A stretch of 32,000 nt of DNA from Pseudomonas aeruginosa (GTDB taxonomy: Bacteria; Pseudomonadota; Gammaproteobacteria; Pseudomonadales; Pseudomonadaceae): positions 6,210,001-6,242,000 of the forward strand of contig NZ_LN831024.1 of assembly GCF_001457615.1 (NCBI RefSeq), read 5' to 3'. Every line of letters begins with the position of its first letter. The first letter of the stretch is position 1. The translations under genes and the position numbers were made by a program. Shown in pieces: positions 28,652 to 32,000 of this stretch. The notes beneath the pieces are model-generated. The model did no database searches. It was not told the DNA's origin and worked only from the letters and a program-made list of their open reading frames with translations.

Positions 28652-29027
28652 GCACGGCCGTCCTGCGGCCGTTCGCCCTTCAAAAACCATGCGGTTCGGC
28701 GTCTTGGAGTGAGGCCGAGCCGACATCCTGTCGAGGCTTCGTCGTTCAGCCCACCCCCGGCCCGGCCATCCTGGCCGGTCGTTCGCCCTTCAAAACGCAT
28801 GCGGTTTGGCGTCTGGGGTGAAGCCGAGCCGACATCCTGTCGAGGCTTCGTCGTTCAGCCCACCCCGGCCCGGCCATCCTGGCCGGTCGTTCGCCCTTCA
28901 AAACGCATGCGGTTCGGCGTCTTGGGTGAGGCCGAGCCGACATCCTGTCGAGGCCTCGTCGTTCAGCCCACCCCCGGCCCGGCCATCCTGGCCGGTCGTT
29001 CGCCCTTCAAAACGCATGCGTTTTGAA
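28652..29027. repeat. Tandem minisatellite with unit length 108-110 bp: three full units (28671, 28781, 28889), partial copies at both ends
   Basis: The anchor GTTCGCCCTT recurs at 28671, 28781, 28889 and 28998. The units are nearly identical, differing by a few substitutions and 1-2-bp indels. Each contains two hairpins with the same ATCCT loop (CGACAtccTGTCG and CCGGCCatcctGGCCGG). Confidence 0.95.
29006..29027. repeat. Perfect 22-bp palindrome TTCAAAACGCATGCGTTTTGAA at the end of the minisatellite, 5 nt from the nrdJb stop
   Basis: Read directly and self-complementary over all 22 positions. The full repeat units carry only the degenerate form CAAAACGCATGCGGTTYGG. Confidence 0.9.
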
Positions 29028-29032
29028 CGGGC

Positions 29033-29722
29033 TCACCCACATTTCGAGTGTCCGCAGTTGAGGCAGGTGGCGCAGCCGTCCATCTGTACCACCGCCATGC
29101 TGTTGCACTTGCCGCACAGTTGCGCGCCGGCGGGGAAGCCTTCGCCCGGCTCGACCTTGCTGGTGCCCTGGGCGGCCTCGTAGGCGGCGCGTTTTTCCGC
29201 GAGGAAAAGACGCTGTTCCTCGTCCAGTTCAGGGCCACGCAACAGGCCGATGGCCGTCAGGTGGCGCTCCAGCACGCCGCCGATCTCGGCGACGATGGAA
29301 GGCATGTAGATGCCGCCTTTCTTCAGGTAGCCCCCGCGCGGGTCGAATACCGCCTTGAGTTCCTCGACAAGGAAGGTACAGTCGCCGCCCTTGCGGAAAA
29401 CCGCGGACATGATGCGGGTAAGTGCGACGATCCACTGGAAATGATCCATGTTCTTCGAGTTGATGAAGATCTCGAAGGGACGCCGCTGCTCGTGCGCCGT
29501 GCCCGCATTGAGGACCATGTCGTTGATGGTCACGTAGAGCGCGTGCTCGAACAGCGGCGACTTGATCTTGTAGGTGGCGCCGATCAGGGTATCCGGGCGC
29601 TCCAGGGTCTCGTCCATCTGCACCACCGACGCGGCTTCCGCGGCGGCGGCAAGGGCCTGCTCCTCGGCTTCGTTGACGACCTTGAAGCCCTTGATCTTCT
29701 GCGTGATCTTGACTGCTGACAT
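29033..29722 (-). CDS. nrdJb: Class II (adenosylcobalamin-dependent) ribonucleotide reductase, small C-terminal polypeptide NrdJb
   Basis: 229-aa ORF 16 nt downstream of nrdJa with its own GGGGGAA Shine-Dalgarno sequence. It corresponds to the C-terminal part of a monomeric-type NrdJ. It ends in the Cys-rich tail CGKCNSMAVVQMDGCATCLNCGHSKCG. Confidence 0.88.
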   Translation of the reverse strand: MSAVKITQKIKGFKVVNEAEEQALAAAAEAASVVQMDETLERPDTLIGATYKIKSPLFEHALYVTINDMVLNAGTAHEQRRPFEIFINSKNMDHFQWIVALTRIMSAVFRKGGDCTFLVEELKAVFDPRGGYLKKGGIYMPSIVAEIGGVLERHLTAIGLLRGPELDEEQRLFLAEKRAAYEAAQGTSKVEPGEGFPAGAQLCGKCNSMAVVQMDGCATCLNCGHSKCG

Positions 29723-29738
29723 ATCGATTCCCCCGGCC

Positions 29739-31883
29739 TCAGTACTTGCCGTAATAGCCTTCTTTCAAGGCGTCGAAGAGGTTGGCGGCGGTATGGATCT
29801 CACCGTCGTACTCGACCTGCTCGTTGCCCTTGAACTCCACCACGCTGCCGTCCTCCAGTTCGAAGCGGTAGCGGGTCTTCTCCAGGTCGGACTCCTTGAC
29901 CAGCACGCCCTGGAACGCCTCGGGATTGAAGCGGAAGGTGGTGCAGCCCTTGAGTCCCTGGTGCCAGGCGTAGCGGTAGATGTCCTTGAAGTCCTCGAAC
30001 GGGTAGTCGGTGGGCACGTTGGCGGTCTTGGAGATCGACGAATCGACCCACTTCTGCGCCGCCGCCTGGATGTCCACGTGCTGCGCCGGGGTGACGCTGT
30101 CGGCGGTGATGAAGTAGTCCGGCAGGCGTCGCGCCGGGTCGTCGCTGTCCGGCAGGGCCTGGGCGTTGACCAGGGTCCGGTAGGCCAGCAGCTCGTAGCT
30201 GTAGACCTCGACCTTTTCCTTGGTCTTGCGGCCTTCGCGGATAAGGTTGCGCGAATAATGGTGGGCGAAGCTCGGCTCGATACCGTTGGAGGCATTGTTG
30301 GCCAGGCTCAGGCTGATGGTCCCGGTCGGCGCGATGGAGCTGTGGTGGGTGAAGCGCGCGCCGGTTTCAGCCAACGCCTCGATCAGTTCCGGAGCATGTT
30401 CGGCGACCCGCTGCATGTAGCGGGAATACTTGGCGTGAAGCACGCTGCCGCGGATGCGGTCGCCGGCCTTATAGCCATCGGCGGCCATTTCCGGACGCTT
30501 GCGAAGCATTTCCGCGGTGACTTCGTAGTCCTGCGCCAGGATCGGCGCCGGGCCCTTCTCCCTGGCCAGCTCCAGGGCCACTTCCCAGCCCACCAAGGCC
30601 ATTTCCCGCGCCACTTCCTCGGTGAATACGCAGGCCTCGGGACTGCCGTAGCGCAGCTTGAGCAGGGTCAGGGTCGAGCCCAGGCCGAGGAAGCCCATGC
30701 CATGCCGGCGCTTGCCAAGGATTTCCTGGCGTTGCTGTTCCAGCGGCAGGCCGTTGATTTCCACCACGTTGTCGAGCATCCGGGTAAACACCCGCACCAC
30801 TTCGCGGAAACGGTCCCAGTCGAAGCGCGCCTCGTCGCCAAATGGCTGCTCGACGAAGCAGGTGAGGTTGACCGAGCCGAGCAGACACGAGCCGTACGGC
30901 GGCAGAGGCTGCTCGCCGCAGGGGTTGGTGGCGCGGATCGCCTCGCACCACCAGTTGTTGTTCAGTTCGTTGACCCGGTCGATGAGGATGAAGCCCGGCT
31001 CCGCATAGTCGTAGGTGGAGACCATGATCATGTCCCACAGGTGGCGGGCGCGGACCTGGCCGTAGACCTTGCAGGCGACCAGCCCGTCGGCGCGCTGGAC
31101 GTAGTCGTCCTGGATCGGCCATTCGCGCCAGACCACCGCGTTGGGGTCGTCGAGGTCGATCTCGTCGCGCTCCTTCACGTGCACCGGGAATACCAGCGGC
31201 CAGTCGGCGTCCTGTTCCACCGCCTGCATGAACTGGTCGGTGATCAGCAGGCTCAGGTTGAACTGGCGCAAGCGCCCGTCCTCGCGCTTGGCGCGGATGA
31301 ATTCGCGGACGTCCGGGTGGCTGACATCGAAGGTGCCCATCTGCGCGCCGCGGCGGCCGCCGGCGGAGCTGACGGTGAAGCACATCTTGTCGTAGATGTC
31401 CATGAACGACAGCGGCCCGCTGGTGTAGGCACCGGCACCGGAAACGTAGGCGCCGCGCGGGCGCAGGGTGCTGAACTCATAGCCGATGCCGCAGCCGGCC
31501 TTGAGCGTCAGGCCGGCCTCGTGGACTTTCTCGAGGATGTTGTCCATGGAGTCCTGGATGGTCCCGGACACCGTGCAGTTGATGGTCGAGGTGGCCGGCT
31601 TGTGCCCCAGGGCGCCGGCGTTGGAGATGATCCGGCCGGCCGGGATGGCACCGTTGCGCAGGGCCCAGAGGAAGCGCCCGTACCAGTGTTCGCGGGAGGC
31701 CTTTTCCTCGACATCGGCAAGGGCGCGGGCGACGCGTTGCCAGGTACCGTCGACGCTGGCATCCACCGGCGTACCGTCCTTGCTCTTGAGCCGGTACTTC
31801 TTGTCCCAGATATCCTGCGACGCGTCCTGCAGGGCGATGGTCCCGCGTTCGGTGCGGGGACTGCGTGCGTCTGTCTTGGCCAT
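29739..31883 (-). CDS. nrdJa: Class II ribonucleotide reductase, large polypeptide NrdJa
   Basis: ORF 29739..31943 with clear RNR class II sequence (TNPCGEQPL, SNAGALGHKP and others). I prefer the ATG at 31883 (MAKTDARSPRTERG) because GGGAGG precedes it. The ATG at 31943 has no Shine-Dalgarno sequence but cannot be excluded. Confidence 0.9.
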   Translation of the reverse strand: MAKTDARSPRTERGTIALQDASQDIWDKKYRLKSKDGTPVDASVDGTWQRVARALADVEEKASREHWYGRFLWALRNGAIPAGRIISNAGALGHKPATSTINCTVSGTIQDSMDNILEKVHEAGLTLKAGCGIGYEFSTLRPRGAYVSGAGAYTSGPLSFMDIYDKMCFTVSSAGGRRGAQMGTFDVSHPDVREFIRAKREDGRLRQFNLSLLITDQFMQAVEQDADWPLVFPVHVKERDEIDLDDPNAVVWREWPIQDDYVQRADGLVACKVYGQVRARHLWDMIMVSTYDYAEPGFILIDRVNELNNNWWCEAIRATNPCGEQPLPPYGSCLLGSVNLTCFVEQPFGDEARFDWDRFREVVRVFTRMLDNVVEINGLPLEQQRQEILGKRRHGMGFLGLGSTLTLLKLRYGSPEACVFTEEVAREMALVGWEVALELAREKGPAPILAQDYEVTAEMLRKRPEMAADGYKAGDRIRGSVLHAKYSRYMQRVAEHAPELIEALAETGARFTHHSSIAPTGTISLSLANNASNGIEPSFAHHYSRNLIREGRKTKEKVEVYSYELLAYRTLVNAQALPDSDDPARRLPDYFITADSVTPAQHVDIQAAAQKWVDSSISKTANVPTDYPFEDFKDIYRYAWHQGLKGCTTFRFNPEAFQGVLVKESDLEKTRYRFELEDGSVVEFKGNEQVEYDGEIHTAANLFDALKEGYYGKY

Positions 31884-31965
31884 CCGCTGATTAACCTCCC
31901 GATGGTTGTTGGGGCGTCCGAAGCCGGCCACCGTACGCAACATCTAGTTATCCGTACCTGACGGG

Positions 31966-31981
31966 AATCAATATCTTGTGT
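31966..31981. promoter_or_regulatory. Candidate NrdR box AATCAATATCTTGTGT upstream of nrdJa
   Basis: Matches 13 of 16 positions of the NrdR palindrome consensus acaCwAtATaTwGtgt. The right half-site is intact. A second tandem box, if present, would lie beyond the window edge. Confidence 0.35.
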
Positions 31982-32000
31982 CAGGCAGCAACAGACAACC

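Noticed and set aside
28709-29026. 105-aa and 125-aa plus-strand ORFs (and 65/91-aa minus-strand ORFs) running through the minisatellite
   Set aside because: Their apparent internally repeated peptides only reflect translation of the tandem DNA repeat. Unit lengths of 108-110 bp are not all multiples of three, so the repeated peptide shifts frame between units. There is no Shine-Dalgarno sequence or start context.
28652-29027. Possible CRISPR array (regularly spaced repeats)
   Set aside because: The repeats are contiguous 108-110-bp units with no unique spacers between them, and no cas genes are nearby. This is a tandem minisatellite, not a CRISPR array.

Overview
High-GC chromosomal segment. 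From memory, without any search, I recognise its gene content and order as the Pseudomonas aeruginosa core-genome block syntenic with PAO1 PA5470-PA5497: prfH-armZ, PA5472-PA5478, gltP, ivy, algB-kinB, ampDh2, dgcH, dsbA, cc4, engB, polA, thrB, nrdJab. That would put it within roughly 100 kb of oriC. I support 27 protein genes (one truncated at the left edge), one 13-codon leader ORF, one sRNA (ErsA-like), several terminators and regulatory motifs, and one minisatellite array. I see no tRNA, rRNA, CRISPR array, integrase, transposase or obvious horizontally acquired island, so this looks like an ordinary core region rather than an accessory or defence island. Items worth a second look: (1) A stall-sensing 13-codon leader sits upstream of an RtcB-family gene (armZ) that keeps every RtcB catalytic motif and is coupled by an ATGA overlap to prfH, so it resembles a ribosome rescue/repair module. 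(2) The 712-bp gap between gltP and ivy has no convincing gene but holds two perfect, directly repeated DnaA boxes and a third, inverted, imperfect box. Two more perfect boxes elsewhere make four perfect 9-mers in 32 kb, against a chance expectation of about 0.06. (3) A perfect 16-bp AT-core palindrome lies in the same gap. (4) A 132-nt sRNA unit with a sigma-22 (AlgU) type promoter and a strong terminator lies between engB and polA. (5) A 108-110-bp tandem minisatellite (about 3.3 copies) with nested hairpins lies between thrB and nrdJb and ends in a 22-bp perfect palindrome next to the nrdJb stop. (6) dsbA, an EEP-family gene and dgcH are tightly packed, with an ATGA overlap between the last two. 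All functional names come from motif and family recognition by eye. None was checked against a database.
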